From: Raillietiella orientalis
Lineage: Eukaryota
Direction of reading: 5' to 3'
Length of the DNA: 64,000 nucleotides
NCBI GenBank assembly: GCA_036172245.1
Contig: JAYWIR010000042.1
Location: 1,240,001-1,304,000 of the forward strand
Part shown: in pieces, positions 35,421 through 49,000 of the stretch
Position numbering within the stretch: the stretch's first letter is position 1
How the letters are laid out: each line of letters opens with the position of its first letter
Notes under the pieces: generated by a model
The model's input: only the letters and a program-made list of their open reading frames with translations
Database searches by the model: none
Told to the model about the DNA's origin: nothing
Translations under genes and position numbers: made by a program

Positions 35421-37599
35421 TATTAGAATCTCGGATACGGACGCTGACGTGCGGATGACTCGCTCGCTCCAGATGGGAAGATTTCGCCGTGGTTGAATTC
35501 GGCACGCTGAGCGCCGTTCCAGGCTGTCCGGCACTGCATCCTGGACGCTTCCGCTGCACCAAACCCTGCCTTTCCTCTTCGCGGTCTGTCGCGCTCGTGC
35601 ATAGGGGAATGCCTTCGAGTCTCCCTCCCCCCCACACTCCTTCCATCCCTTTGCTGGACGCCCACCCGGGGAAAGGATTCCTGAGGCGAGCCGCATAGGA
35701 ATTTCGGTACTTACGTCGCGAGATTGGTGAACAGTGACTTTCGGTGACAGGCAAACGAGTAAGACAAGACGCGGGGCCACCACACACTAATGGGCGCGAT
35801 GGAAGTTTCTTGTCCGACGTAATCAATCCGCCTGCCCGCTCGAGCGCTGCCCAGCATTTTCCCTCACGCATTAGCATGTACCAAGAGGATGCTTGCGAGC
35901 CTGCAGCGTTCAACCTGCAGTTTCAACCCGACCGCCAGTGTTGTCCGGGCAACGGGTCCGCAGCTCTGTTCCGATGGGAGCAGTTGGATTTCCTGTTGTG
36001 CTTTCGTTCCCGGATTCTTCTGGAGGGACCGCTCTGCCTTTCGCTGCTGTCGAATACCCCTCGTTCCTTAAGCGATTTTCAAGGAACCCGAGAATTCTGC
36101 ATCCCACAGTCCTGCACCCCGTGCAAGATCAACGGGAGACGCTGCATCACATCCAAAAGGAATGGAGGAAGAAGACCCAAGGGAAAGAACGGCGTAACTT
36201 CCGAAGATACAGAATCTCTGTCTGTGTGAGGGGAAACACCTCCTTCTGGTCCAATTTATCCTTTAGGGAAGGGGGAAGAGGGGGGAGGGGAAGGAAATTC
36301 TTGCACTCTGTACGTTCATTTCGTAGAGGATGGGGTGTGCAACCAGGAGAAACGGTTGAGACCCCATGATATCAGGATGGACAAGCAGACCAAAACACAC
36401 GCCCACACAGACACACAAAAAAGGAAAGAGAAAAGGAGGGAGGAGACAGAACCATGTACCAGAGGTCGAGTCTTCGCCTCGGTCAGACCGATGGTGCTCC
36501 CTTAAATGGAAGCCAGGATGTAGGATCCGAAATCCCACAGGGAGCCAAAAAAAAAAAAAAAAAAACACCTCGGGGAAGCTCCTTTCCTGCTCATCCGAGG
36601 AAAGCAAACCCACGGGAGGAGGATAGACGCGCTTTGGGTTGACCCGAGAGCCGCAACCACGTGATCCATCCTTTGAACACCGGTGGACAGGCAGGGTCGA
36701 TGAAGTTGGGTTCACCAGGAGTCACTGGTGCTGTGGTATTCATGGGAAATTCGGGAACGAGACAGGACTTTATGCGTGCTGCTGCCTCCGTTTCTTCTTT
36801 GTTGCATCGACAATACCATCGTGAACCCGATGCTTAGAATCCGGACAAGAGCTTGTCCAGAGGAAGAAGAGGAACGGGAGAGAGGTGGGAGAACCAAACT
36901 CTGAGCCGCGGAACAGAAGGTCGTCTCGCGCGACCTTCTCAGGAGCCTATTTCGTAGAGATTCCGGGCAGCTTCCGGGTGTGGTGCGAAGAAGAGGTCTC
37001 GAGAGAGAACGGGAGGGAAATGGAACAGGAAGTGAGCAAAGAGCAGACTCTTCTGAGGATACAAGTCGTCCGAAGTCAGAAGGTGACCTGGATGACAGAG
37101 AGACCGTCCCGCCGGGGAGAGGAACTCGGCATGCTGGGGACTCGGGGCGCCCTCGACTTGCCTTCCTTAAAGGCCAGGCGAGAGAGATCCGAGGTCTCCC
37201 CACAGGTTCGCGTCTCTTTTGGAGGTTCCTCTCGCATCTGTCGTCTCTCGCCTCTAGAAGATCCGTCCGGTGATGGCGGGGTCAGAGAACCGAGGCGCTT
37301 CGACGTCTCTATGGGCAACGGGAAGCCGCGGTCCGCCTCCCGAGGAGCAACCAGCTGAAGCTGACTGCGCCTGCGCCCGTTCCCGCCGCCGAGCTGGCTC
37401 GCCCGAGGTCGGCCACGAGCAGACTGCTGGGAGGAGAAGCAGCAGGAGGTGGACTGCTGCCCAGAATCGCTGTCCGTCTGCGCTCCAGGGCGCCCTCGAG
37501 GCGGAGCTGGAGGAGGTCCAGGCCGGGAATGGGCGCCCACGCGAAGAGAGTCTGCTCTGCCAGAGAGACCACGTTCCGACAGAGGTCAGGAGCCGGTGC

Positions 37600-37880
37600 T
37601 CGCCAGCGCAAAAACGAGCCGAGTGACCCGCCTCAGCTCGGTCATCACCGGGTCTGGGCAAGCCGCAAGAGTCCGCCCTGAGGCTGCTAGAGCTACTGTC
37701 CGAGGTCTACCTCAAACTGCGAGCGACTTCCCGCGGGGGAGGGGAGGGGATGGGGACTCTCCGAGATCGACTTCCAGCTCGGGAAGAGACCTCGGTGTCC
37801 GTCGACGTCGCGAAGCAGGTCGGCCTCACCGAGAGAGACTGAGCAAGGCGCACGCAAGAAGATCGTGAAACTGACTGCGA
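37600..37880 (+). mobile_element. Second copy of the decayed gag-like repeat (see 16350-16620)
   Basis: Shared blocks CGAGCGACTTC and CTCGGTGTCCGTCGACGTC. Confidence 0.4.
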
Positions 37881-38049
37881 GGAGAGCAGGGATGCTGACG
37901 GGGGAGAGGGAAAAATTCCTTTCCTCCTACTTAGAGTGATTCTCCCTACGAGCGAGGCCCGGCGGCGCGAAGGAGCCTGTGCCCGAGACCATGTCCTCGA
38001 CATGTCCCTGAGAAGGGATGGGAGCCTCCGTTCCTTTTGACCGTCTCCC

Positions 38050-38814
38050 GTGACGACAAGGAACAGGCAACGGTGCCTTCCGGAAATCCCCGGATAATTC
38101 CGAGTGCACCCTCCGGGGTGCGTGCAGCAACCCTTCAAGGTTAGAAGGGGGAAGGAAGGGACCACCCTATGAATCCAGGAAGGGCTCCGTAGGGGAGGAG
38201 TCCTTTCCCCTCACGCTTGGGAGGGAGCCTTTCCGAGGGGAACCCTCCATCCTGGTTGTCTTCCAAGGGAACCCCCAAGGGAAGTTCTTCGTTGTCCTCT
38301 CTGGAGGGGTCTCCTGGTTCGTAGGGGACCCTCCTCTTTTTCTTCTCCGGAGGGACCCCACGGAATGGACCTGTTCTTTGCTTCCTCCTCTGAAGAGAAC
38401 CCCAAAGAGACTCTTCCCTATTTCTCTGAAGGGTCCGCTCCCCGAAGGGAGCAGCGCGCTTCATCCTGACACTCTGGAGAGGTATCGATCCACCACCGTC
38501 ATGGTAACGGAATGGAGGCTCCATTTGCACAACCGGAGGAAGGGAATTCCCGCAGGGCTCCTTGATGTCCTGGAAGGACCTTGAAAGGTCAAGTTCCAAT
38601 CCCGGCCAGTCGAGGGGGGCATCCGATTTCCACCACTAGTGCCGCCGCACCCGGATAGACCAACCGAAGCCATCCTTTAGAGGGAACTCGAAACCTGCAA
38701 CGATGCACCCCCCGTTCTGGGCATCGACGCCTCCCCCGGGCGGGATTCGAACCCGTGACGCTCGGTGCCGCGCATGCGGAGGTCGCTGCAGCCGCACGGC
38801 CACCAGAGCGGACC
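38050..38814 (-). mobile_element. tRNA-headed SINE-like element (copy B, most complete)
   Basis: Minus strand has Pol III A-box TGGCCGTGCGG (38792-38802) and B-box GGTTCGAATCC (38743-38753). The body is homologous to 45720-46050(+) and 1-365(+). Confidence 0.75.
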
Positions 38815-41800
38815 GTCAACGGAACAGACAGTGAAAAAAAGAAAGGAAACAAAAAGAAAAGCAGTCCTGCTACTGCGGAAGCAGATGGCCATCGGAAAGA
38901 TGAACAGAAGGCTGGCGATCGCCACGAAGCCGAGGCCTGCCACCTCGGCTGCGGATGGCACGGAGCGGAAGAGCCCGGAACAGGGGATGGCAGAGCCTTG
39001 CCTGCGTGCAGATCTGTGCCCAGATGGCAAGGAGTGCGAATGTGCGCGCGTGCTGCCGCAAATTCATCCGCGCGCCGCCGCCGCTTGCACGCAAGAGACA
39101 CCGCGAAAGCACGCTCGCGCGAGCCCTCAAATCCTGGAATCCTCCCAAAGTTGTTGTTGAACTTCTTCGGCAGTGTCCTCTTTCGAAAACGGGAAAAAAG
39201 GAATGGCCCTGCCACACCTAACGCACTCCCATGGGGGGGAAGGGGACCCACGAACCTCTTTCCCATGCTGTATGAATCCCACCCTCCATCGCCATGGACG
39301 CCCTGCGGATCCCGCGCATTCCCAAACAGGAACAGCCACCGTCACAGAAAATCGGCCGACAGAAAACAACGCGAGCAAAGCGAAAAGGGCGCCGCGACGA
39401 ACTTCCGGTCCGTCCCCCAGAGGGACGCGTGGGCGTTCTCAGGGGATCCCGGAATTCGCACTGCAACCTGTTCGGGAGCTCCGGCGTCCGAGTCAGCGAA
39501 TACATCACGACCAGGGGACTGCAAGCAACAACCCGGCGGCGGGGAGACGACGGGGCAGCAGCAGAAGCAGCGCCCGCGGTGCTGGCGAGATCGAAAAAGC
39601 GCACCGCGCAAGCGCTGGATGCCCCAAGCTCTGCCAAGGTGCATGGCTCCCTGCTGCCCGGTCGCTGCCGTCGATTTTCCCCGCTTCCTCTCCGAAGTCG
39701 CGTGAACGTGGAAAAGGTCGAGGGAAGAGAGAAAAGACGGAGGGAACGCGGGAGTGAGGAAGAGGAGGAGCAGAAGGGATGCACGGAGGAGATGAAAGGG
39801 ATGCAGCTGCCTCTCTTCTCTCTCTCCCCCAAAGTACCTCGACTTTGCAGCCAAGGTAACGTCGCAGTTGTCCTACTGTCGTCCTTCCTGGCCTGAGCGA
39901 TTATTCCCTGGAAGGGCATGTCTTCCGCGCAGCAGCGGTCACATGACCTCCTTCCCAGTTTCTGTCCCTGACCTATTATCGTTTGGGGAAGAAAATACGA
40001 ACCAGTAGACTATCCAGGGAGAGAGGACGGCCCTATTCCTACTAGGGTGGACGTCATTGCCGCACGGCTCACTTTCACCCTGTTGGTGATGCTGGGAGTA
40101 GAAAAGGATGAAAGACGACCGCATCGCGTCGGTGCGGAGATTAATCCGAGCACTGCATCTCTGCCCTACCTCTCCGTCTTTCCTTATACTTTTATTTTTT
40201 TAAAAAAAAAAAAAACGTCTCGGGAAAGTGCCCATGATGTACCGTGTCAAGCAGGAAAAGGTCACTGGTAACCCCACTTAAAATCCGATCACGCCCTGAG
40301 CCATTCACCCCTCCCCTCGGAACCGGTCGAATAGAAACCGGGGGAACTCTTTACCCTTTGTGACTCTGTTCGCTCTGAGCGTGGATTGTACGCCCAGGCT
40401 GCTGCTGTTTTTGATGAGCTGCAAGGTGGGGGTGAGCGTCCCGTTCCAACAGACATCCAGGACCACTTCTCGCCCCCGGCGCAATCTAACGAAATCGCCA
40501 GCTGCGTTGCCACGCCTCTGCCAGCAGAAGACATTCCGTCTCCCCCCCCCCTCCCCCTTCCTCCCCCTGGAGCAAGCCTCGAGAGTGAACGTGCATGCGT
40601 GCTCCTCAGCGGATGACAGCGAAGCAAAGCAATGACCTCGGCGCGCGCTCCCAAAAGCCGCTGCTGCCGCTGCCGCCTGGCCGAAGAATCTTTCCGTTGT
40701 CACGGATGCTGCTCGCTTGGCGACAGCGCTGCCGCGGCCACGGGTGCGCCTTCGACCCCTACGCTGGCCGAAAACTCGGGACTACGCGAGAGCTGGAAAC
40801 GGCCACCGTCGTGCTTTCTGGCCGCGAAGACGGCAGAGATGGGCGCCAACCTTCTTCCAGACGCGCCAATAGGCGAGCGGCCAGTCAGGGGGTCACCGGC
40901 AGCGGGGAAAAACCCGTTCGATTCGGGCGCTGTCGAAGGGAAGCTCTCCGCCGAAAGAGTGCGAAACTTCCTCGCTGCCCCTCCCGAGGCAGCGGAGAAA
41001 GGGCCGTGAACGGAGTCGGGCCTCGAGCCATCCAGCAGGGTCTGGACGGCATCAAGGGGAAAGAGAGAACGAATCCAGCACGCTAGGTGTAGCTGGCAGC
41101 TCCGCAGGGAGAGGGGAGGAGGGAAGCGAGAAGGGAAAAGGACGCGTGGCGCCTCGGCGTTCCTCCGCGCTGGGGGAGGAGCAGCCTCGTGAGGGAGACC
41201 CTGAGACCCTCTCCTCCTTCCTCCTTCCTTCCTCGAAAGAGCAGCCTCCGGAAGCAGCTTTAGGAAGCGACGATACGAGGAACCCACGAAGGATGAGGAG
41301 CTGCGGAGGCGGAGGCTCCTCCAGTGATCCCTTCACTCCCAGCCTGCGACCGACGCCCAAGCGAGGCATCCCGAAGAGTTCAGATGTCGCCCTCACGGTC
41401 GAACTGCCGTATCCATGGAACCCTGCTCTTTTTCTCAGATGGCTGTATCATCCGTACCGATGAGTACCAAAAAGGGGCGAGTTAATAGGATTTGAAATGC
41501 GAGGATTTGGAAGGCACTGAAAATTCTCTTGGGGGAATATGGAGTGGGGTGGGGATCAGACCGAAATACGTGGAAGACGATGGGGCGGCGGGGTGTCCGC
41601 TCGAAAGACGCTTCTTGCAGAAGGGTGCTTCGCGGTCCCCCCAGCAGGGAGACTCAGAGGTGCCGTCAAGAGCGACACGCAAAAAGGCGAAAACACGCCT
41701 TCAGGTGGCACGTGGTCCCCCAGCGACGCGGGAGACGTCGCTGCTTTGAAGAACTATGGCAGGTCACCCGGACTCGGAGCACCCTCCCAGACGTCGCCCA

Positions 41801-42899
41801 TTTTCCCGGACCGACAAGCAGTGCCGACGCTTTCTGGTGTGCCCAACTCTTTCCTCTCCCTTCAGCTTCCGTTTCCCTCCTTCTAAGAGAGTTCCCGGAA
41901 TGGGGAGGGATGAAGCCGAAAGGGGAAAGGAAACCTTTCACTCCTCGGACCGAGCCGCAACCTCGAAGAAGGGAACCTCCCAAACACACGCCTACGCCTC
42001 AGCCGTGTGTTTGGGAAACTAAACATCGTATCTCTTGTGCTAGACAAGGACCTGCCATCGGCAGGCAGGCCTTTCCAAGGGCGTGTCGGGTCGCTGCCAT
42101 CAGCCTCAGGGAAAGCAATGCCAGAGGGAAGGCTGAATGTCTCGGACCTCGGCTGGGGAGGTCCGCAGGAGTGGGATGGGGAAAATTCCCCGGCGGGAGT
42201 CGAAAAGTCCCCGCCGCTGAAAGGAAGAGTGGACCTTCTCCCCGGTCACGGCCCCGAGGCGCGTTCTTCTGTTTTATTTTCGTTTTTCCACTGCTATTTT
42301 TGGAACTCAAGCAGTCGTGGCAGAGTTTCAGGTTTTGGAGAAATGATGCTCTCATCACCCCCTCCCTCCCCACCCCTTTGCCACTTGTGCGAGGAGGGGG
42401 GGAAAGGGGAAGGCTCGAGAAGCACAAAAAGGCGAAGCAGGAAGCGCTCAATAAAATGCGACCCCCCTCACCCCTTCGAAGCAAGCACTGCAGAGGCGGG
42501 CTAATCGTGGGCGAGTTCGCAGCCAAAGATGGCGTGGCTCCACGTTCCGGAACGCGCAATGGCGGTTTTTGCGCACGGAGCCGCCGAGCCACGTTCGTGC
42601 GCGCCTGACGAAGAGCAATCCTCTCCGCAATGAAACTCTTTGAAGTCATCGCTTAACAAGGAAACCACTTGAGGACGGTTTCCTGCTTATGCTGGGATTT
42701 CGAATGGTCGACCGGTTTTAGAATTTCAAATCGAAACCATCCCGGCTCCAGAAATACCACAATTCTGCACACTCACTCTCTTTTTTTCAATCGTGCTTAC
42801 TTGACTGCTGCATTGTTGCTATGGCAATCTCAGTCGCGATCAAATTCACTTTAACGGTTATGCGTTGCTTCCCAAGCAGTGGGGGCAGGAAAAACTGCC

Positions 42900-44100
42900 T
42901 CCCCGGCAGTTTTCACACCAAACTGGGGCTGGCTTTGGAGGCTCTCGCGAAACTTTCCTGCTAATTTTCGAATTCCCGACTGGAGACTTCCATGACAGCA
43001 GTTCGCAGCACATTGCGATCTGACCAATCAGAATCCGAGTCTGAGACAAACCAAAAACAAACTGCCGATCCAAAACCAATTCGAAAGCCACCCTCGGCGA
43101 GTGAAAATGGAAGAGATTGAAACGGGAAGCTGGGGTACTAATCGAAGGGGAGCCTGGTGTGCCGAGAATTCCGGTGGTCGGCGGCCGGCACAAGAGACAC
43201 GAAGACTCCCGCCCGTCCGTTTGCAGGGACGGCGCCCGGCTGGTTGAAGGGTCCAACTCTCGCGTGGGCATCCGATTGGGCGTCGGAGCAGCAGCCTCCT
43301 TCGCGCGAGATCACGACAGGATCAGCATCACCCAGAACACCGTGCGTCTGCGACCGATCGCCCAGCCACGAACGAGAGGCGCATGCGCTCGCTTCGCCCG
43401 CGAGGCGCATGCGCTCGCTTCGTCCACGAGGACGATTGCTGCGTGGGCGGCTTCGTTTTCTGTGCTCACCCACTCGGCAATACCTTTCTCGTCCCTCTGG
43501 AGAACGCAAGAAAGACTTGAAGGGAAGAGATTCCCGCCCTCTGCGCTCCCGACGGGAGCGAAAGGGTGGGAAGCAGCTTCTCCCGGGAACACTTCGGGGA
43601 CTTGCCAACGCACCGCTCCTAGCCGACTCTCGACGAAGGAACCTGGAAAACACTCCTCCCTTCTTCCTCCTCCTCCGTGATCCCGCCTCTGCTCCAGGGA
43701 TCGGGCCCACGCTCAGAGCGGGTGGCAGCCGCGAGCGCGGGAGCATGAGGGAGGAGGAGGTGCAGAGACCGCCCGCCTCGGTGCGCCACGTTCAGTAGCC
43801 GTTGGAGCGCTTTCGCCGTCTCTTCGGAGTAGTTGCCGTCTCCGTGACAACAGAGCGGAGCTCTCCGGCAGCTCCGCGACTGTCCGTGCCCGCCGGAGGG
43901 GTTCGCACGGCTGGTGGGGAGCGAATGCGAGGAGGAGGGGGCGCGGGGAGGGATTTCCTCCCCCTCCACGCATCCCTGCGCCCTCCGACGAAGGGAGCCA
44001 CGAAGCTCTTCCGCGTCCCGCTCCGGAAACGCCCACTCCATCCTTGAAGGTTCCCTGGGCGGCAGCAGAGTGCAGCTCGCGCGGGATCGATCTCGCTTCC
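42900..44100 (-). mobile_element. Decayed Helitron/Helentron PIF1-type helicase
   Basis: Ordered minus-strand motifs: QRLLNVAHR, VGKS (Walker A), FAPVGSAEGG (~APTGxAA), AIVLVDEAS (Walker B), VLGDAD (~GDxxQL) and LQTDGRE..LLCR (~MRQxD..LLxR). Confidence 0.55.
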
Positions 44101-45619
44101 CAGAGTGCTCGCCGACGTCCGCGCAGGACGCGGTTCCCGTGGCGCTCGCCTGCGACGCGAGCTCCCTCCCTCCGTGTCCTCCCATCGAGGTTGCCAGGAT
44201 ACGGTTTGCTGGCAGGCATCTCCTCCGTATCTCCTCGGTTCGGCAGAACATCCGTCTGCTCCCGAACCTTGGCTTTGCTCTCTCCCCTCTTCCCTCTCTC
44301 TTCCCGCTGGCTTCCTGTCCGCGCTCCAGCGTATCTCTACTCCCGGCTGCTAAGGACTTGGCGCAGGCACCCTCCTCTCAGCGCCGGCATGCACCCGGAG
44401 AAGGTCGCCGCAGGCGAGGTACGCCTGAGGCGTCCGTCGTCGACCATCCTTGTCCGCCCTCCCACCACAGGTAGAGCCCGCGGGTGACCTGCGGTCGTGC
44501 CTGTGCTCCTCCTCTCTCTCATCCTACTCCTGCGGATTGCACGCGGGAGTGGGATACAGACGGCTCTTCCTCCAGAAGCGTTTCTCGTGCGTGGGTGGGT
44601 AGCACCGCTCCCTGGATCAGCCGCCGTGAGTCCTTTAGCCGCCTCCGTGACTCAAGAGTCACGCGACTTTGCCCCTTTCTTGCCGTTTGCGCTTTTCCTC
44701 CTCCCATGCGGTTCGAGTTCTTCGGCAGCACAGAAGCAGCGGCATCCAGGGGTTCTCTTTTTTCCGGACTGGGTCGGTCCCCCCACCGGAATCCCTACAT
44801 GGGGCGGGTTCGGCGACTCTGAAGCGGTTCTGAGCGTGGCTCATGCGCGCGCTTGAGGGGAGGACCCCAGGAATCCGACTGGCGAGGCTGAGGGAGGGGC
44901 GGGAGAGGATAGAAGGAGGGGAGTGAGGGGTGGGAACGTCGCTGATGGTTGTCGACGTTTCCTCGCAGGTCCTGTAGATGACTCCAGCCGCGGATGGTGA
45001 CCCCGAGCGAACGCAGCCGCGCCACCCTCCCTCCACCCTCCTCCTCGCCGCCACTTCCTTCTGCCGCTCTTCGCTCCCGCCCTACCGTTCCAGCCCGGCG
45101 GACGCGCATCGATGGTCGGGGCCGAAGAGGCTGTCCGGGAAGCGGGACACCCGGGCTCACGGGGAAAAGGGCGTCCGTAGGAGTCGCTCCCCGATCTGCC
45201 CGTTTCCGAACTGCGCGCGCGCACTCGCGTGTCAGCCATTCCGCGGCTACGGAATCCGCGGGACGGCCATTCCCTCCTCCTCCCACGATGCCGAGCCAGA
45301 GAACGCGTTTCGTGAACAAGAGACTTCCTCCCCACCCCACCCCCCACCCCCAGCGACGGCAGTGCCTTCGCTCCCTCACTTCGTTGCATAGAAACCGCGT
45401 TTTCCCTCCCCTCCCTGCCGCCCTGCTCGCCCAGTTCCGCGCTGCTGCCATTTCGGCTGACTTGAGCTCCATTTTATTGATTTATTTATTTTCGAAGGCA
45501 CCTATTTATTACATCGGTCTGAAAGAGGCATGTGCACTAGTCGGTCTTCATGGTGCTGCACTCTGCAGTTCGGAAACGACCTCCGACGCAGCAGCTGACC
45601 ACGGATGCGTTCAAGGCGT

Positions 45620-46080
45620 CCCATCGGCAGCACGCGAAGCTCCGAGCGTCTGTCTCCCGCGCGCGGCTGCCCCAAGCGTTGCGGGTTCGAATCCCGCCGC
45701 AGGACGGTGCTGGCTGGCCCACGGGCTTCGGGCGTGGCGGCACTGCTGGTGGAAACCGGATGTCTCCGTTGACCGGCCGGGATGGGAAGCTGACCCTTCC
45801 GGGAAAACGAGGAGCCGTCCGGGATCCCCCTCGGGCGGTGAAAGCGGAGCCTGCTGGTGCTCGCCCTCGAGGGTGGCCTCTGTCTGGAATGTTGGGACTG
45901 CGCGGCTCCCTTCGGGGAGCGCCCTTCAGAATGGAACCGGGAATCATTCCTTCGAGGTTCTCTTCAGAGGAGGGAACCACGAGCCGATGCCTTGAGGGGG
46001 AGGAAAGCGGGGAGCGACTCCTCCTACCCCTTTCTGGGGTCCCCTCGGAGAGAATTATGGTGAGCTTCCCTTCGGAATTC
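45620..46080 (+). mobile_element. tRNA-headed SINE-like element (copy C)
   Basis: B-box GGTTCGAATCC at 45684-45694. GGCGGCACT..TGGTGGAAA.CGGATG, GGCCGGGAT.GGAA, GCTCCCTTCGGGGAGC and GGTTCTCTTCAGAGGAGG are shared with copy B. Confidence 0.7.
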
Positions 46081-49000
46081 CTCTCCCGAGCGTAGCTGTG
46101 CCTTCTGCACCGAGGGGCCTCTTCTGGAGATGCGAGGAAGCTGCGGAAAGACCAGCAGACAACTCGCGAGAGAAAGGTCACGCACGGGTCAGCGGCGCGG
46201 GAGGTGCGGGCTCAGCGTGCGGGGGACGCGCCGATCTCCCCTCCTCCTGCCCTCCCGCGGGAACCGGGAGACGCTCGTTGCCATGGAGAAGGGAAGGTAG
46301 GAGAGGGTGGGATCCGCCCACGCTGCGGCCGCTCTTCTCTGACTCTTTGGAATGTGTGCCGCTGCTTCTACTGTTCCTCCTCTGCCGCCGCAGCCGCAGC
46401 CGTCCCGCTTGGATCAGCTTCATCCGCATTTCTTCGCTCAGGTCATCCTTGGCGCCCAGGCGTCCCGAGGGTGCTCTCGGTCCCGGCGGCCGGACGACTT
46501 GGATCGGTCGTAGGCGCGGCAGCGCTCCTTGCCTGAGGTCCCTGGCCGTTCCTGCCACCGCTCCTTCCGGCCGGCCGCCGCGTGGTTCCCGAGACCCGGA
46601 AGCGTCGTCGTCGTCGTCACAGCCAGACTTTCCCCGGGAGAGTGAGGAGGAGGGGAAGGAGGGGGGGGGGGAAACCCGTGGGGGAGAGGCAAAATCGAAA
46701 GTGGCGCGGCCCGACGTCGCTCCGCAGTCAGCTGCTGCACCGCGCGGTGGTGCCTTCGCGGGGAAGCGCGCGCGTCCCTCGGGACCCGGGAGAGGAATTC
46801 CTGGAGGCGCGCGACGACAGGCATCGATCCCGTTCCGGTGAAGCTCCTCGCCACGAGTCTGGGACCGGCGCGCAGATACCCGTGCCAACACTGCGGGTCG
46901 ATGGCCGTTCTGGTGCCGCGGGGGGTGGGGCATTGCCCCTTTCCCCCCTGCGGACATGCGGGAGGGAGGGGACGGGGATCGATCCGATTCCGAGGGCAAA
47001 ATCCCTCCCGGAATCCGTGCGGAGCGAGGAAGTCTCCGCAGACGCGGTCCAGGGCGGGGGCGATCCGCGCGCTTGCGTGGCGGCGGGTCCGCGGTCTCGG
47101 CCGTCTCTCGGAAAAGCGGCCGAGCCTCGGGTCGTCCACCCCCCACCTCCTCCCCTGCTCTGGAGGGGGCGCCGGGGTCTTCCGGAGGAGGCCTGCCGAG
47201 GAGGGCGAGCAGTCTCTTCGGCGCGTGCGCGGGAGGCTCGGTTCGCCACCGCCCCGCGCTGGCGCAGGGATTCGACGGCAGCGCTCGGGACGGCGAGTCC
47301 GCGCGGGGTTTCCCTCGGGGGCTTCCCATCCACCTGCTGCCGCCCGCTCTCGTGCCTCCTATTGTCCTGCCGGGGGGCGAGGGACGGGAAAAGGAGGAAG
47401 GGGAAGAGAGGAAGAGGGTCGTAGGTGGGGGGAGCTCCTTTCCTTAGCCGCGGAGGAATCCACCTGCGACTGCGGGCACCTGCCCTGCCTTCTCCCGGAA
47501 GGGAGGCGGACGTCTCTCTCCTTCCTTCGGATTTCGGGAGGGTGCGAAATCAGGAGCATCCTTCGCGTTCCTCCGGGCTAAGGGGAGCGCACCCTTCCGC
47601 GCATGTGGTTCCGTTCCGTGTCCCCCTTCCCCTCTTCCTTCCTTCTGGTTGCCCGGAGACCGGCACGCACGAAAAATGCGCGCCCCGTTGACTCCGGGCG
47701 CGCACGCCCGTCGCGCTCGCTTTCCGCTCGCCGCCGCCGGCAGGGACCGCGGCTCAGGCGCGTGCGCGCGCCCCCTTCTCTTCGTTCCTCTCTCCTGTCC
47801 TAGCCTTGGCCCCCTCCCTCCTTCACGTGGAGGCTGCCTTGGACCCAGGCAGTCCTTGCGCGGATCCAGGCGGGCACGGGCAGGGAAGGGAGGGGATACG
47901 GGAGAGGGAGGAGGGGGAAGTCATGCGGCGGCGGCGCGAGAATCGCGCAAGGACAGGCGCGAAATTCGGTACACGGAGAGCCACCTCTCCCCCTCCTTCA
48001 AGGAAGCTGGATTTCCGGACCCCGCTCACTCCTTCCTCTCGCAGGCTCGCGCGCGGGCGGCGGCGACTTCCTTGAGTCTCCTGGAGGTCTCCCGGTTTTC
48101 GATGGCGGGAGTGGATGTTGTTGTTTTTTTCTTTTCTTCCTTCTTCCTTCCTTTCTCTCCCCTCCCCTCCGGCTTTTTTTTTTCCTCCAAAAAAAAAAAA
48201 AAGAAACAAAAAAGAACATGCACTGCGGTGGCCTTTCGAGGATTTGACCTTTCCCTAGGCAAGCAATCACCTGACGCTTGTGACAATTAGGCTGCCTCCT
48301 TCCTTCCCTCCTCCTCCTCCTCCCCCCCCCCCCCCACGGCCCACGGAGATTAGCTCTGAGTGGGTTTCGTAAATCATCGAATCGGAGAAAATAAATCACA
48401 ACAAAAGGCGATCGCATGCGGCCGAGCTCGAGAGTTGGGGGCGAATGGGCGTGGGAAATATGCAGATAACGTCCTCCGGTTGCCATGAGCTGAGCAAGGG
48501 TACCACCCTCTCTCTCTCTCTCTGTTCTGTTTTTTTTTTTTAAAAAAAAAAAAACAAAAAACAAAAAAACAAAAAAGAAAACACAAAAAAAAATAAAAAT
48601 AAAAAGAGAGCGAGAGAGAGGACAGACCTCCCCTCCCCCTTCTTACGGTCTGTCTTGGCATTTTTGTTTACCTTTCCACATCCCGAGAGGAGGTGCGCGC
48701 GCAGCAGAAGTGAAAACGACCGATGTTTTCCGGTGCGCGGGCGTCCCCCGCCGGCCACCTCCGAGGGAGCCTCCGCGGACCGACCGACGAGGAGGGGCGC
48801 AGCGGCGGGCTGTTGGTTCCCCCGCCCTCCCCCGCTTCCTCCCTTCTGCGAGGAGCAAGCGGGGCTGCACGGATCGAACCCGAGTGAGGCAGCTGGATTC
48901 GTGGGCGCCAGCGTGCTTCCTTCGCGCTTCAATCAACCCTTGGCATTTGCAGCCTCCCTCCTAATGAAATAACACGCGTAAGATAACAGCGCGCGCTGCT

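Noticed and set aside
38732..38814. Functional tRNA gene
   Set aside because: A and B boxes are present, but I could not form a convincing cloverleaf and it is fused to a repeated body; treated as a SINE head.
44720..44732. CTTCGGCAGCACA matches the U6 snRNA 5' stem
   Set aside because: Only 13 nt, with no downstream U6 sequence such as the ACAGAGA box.
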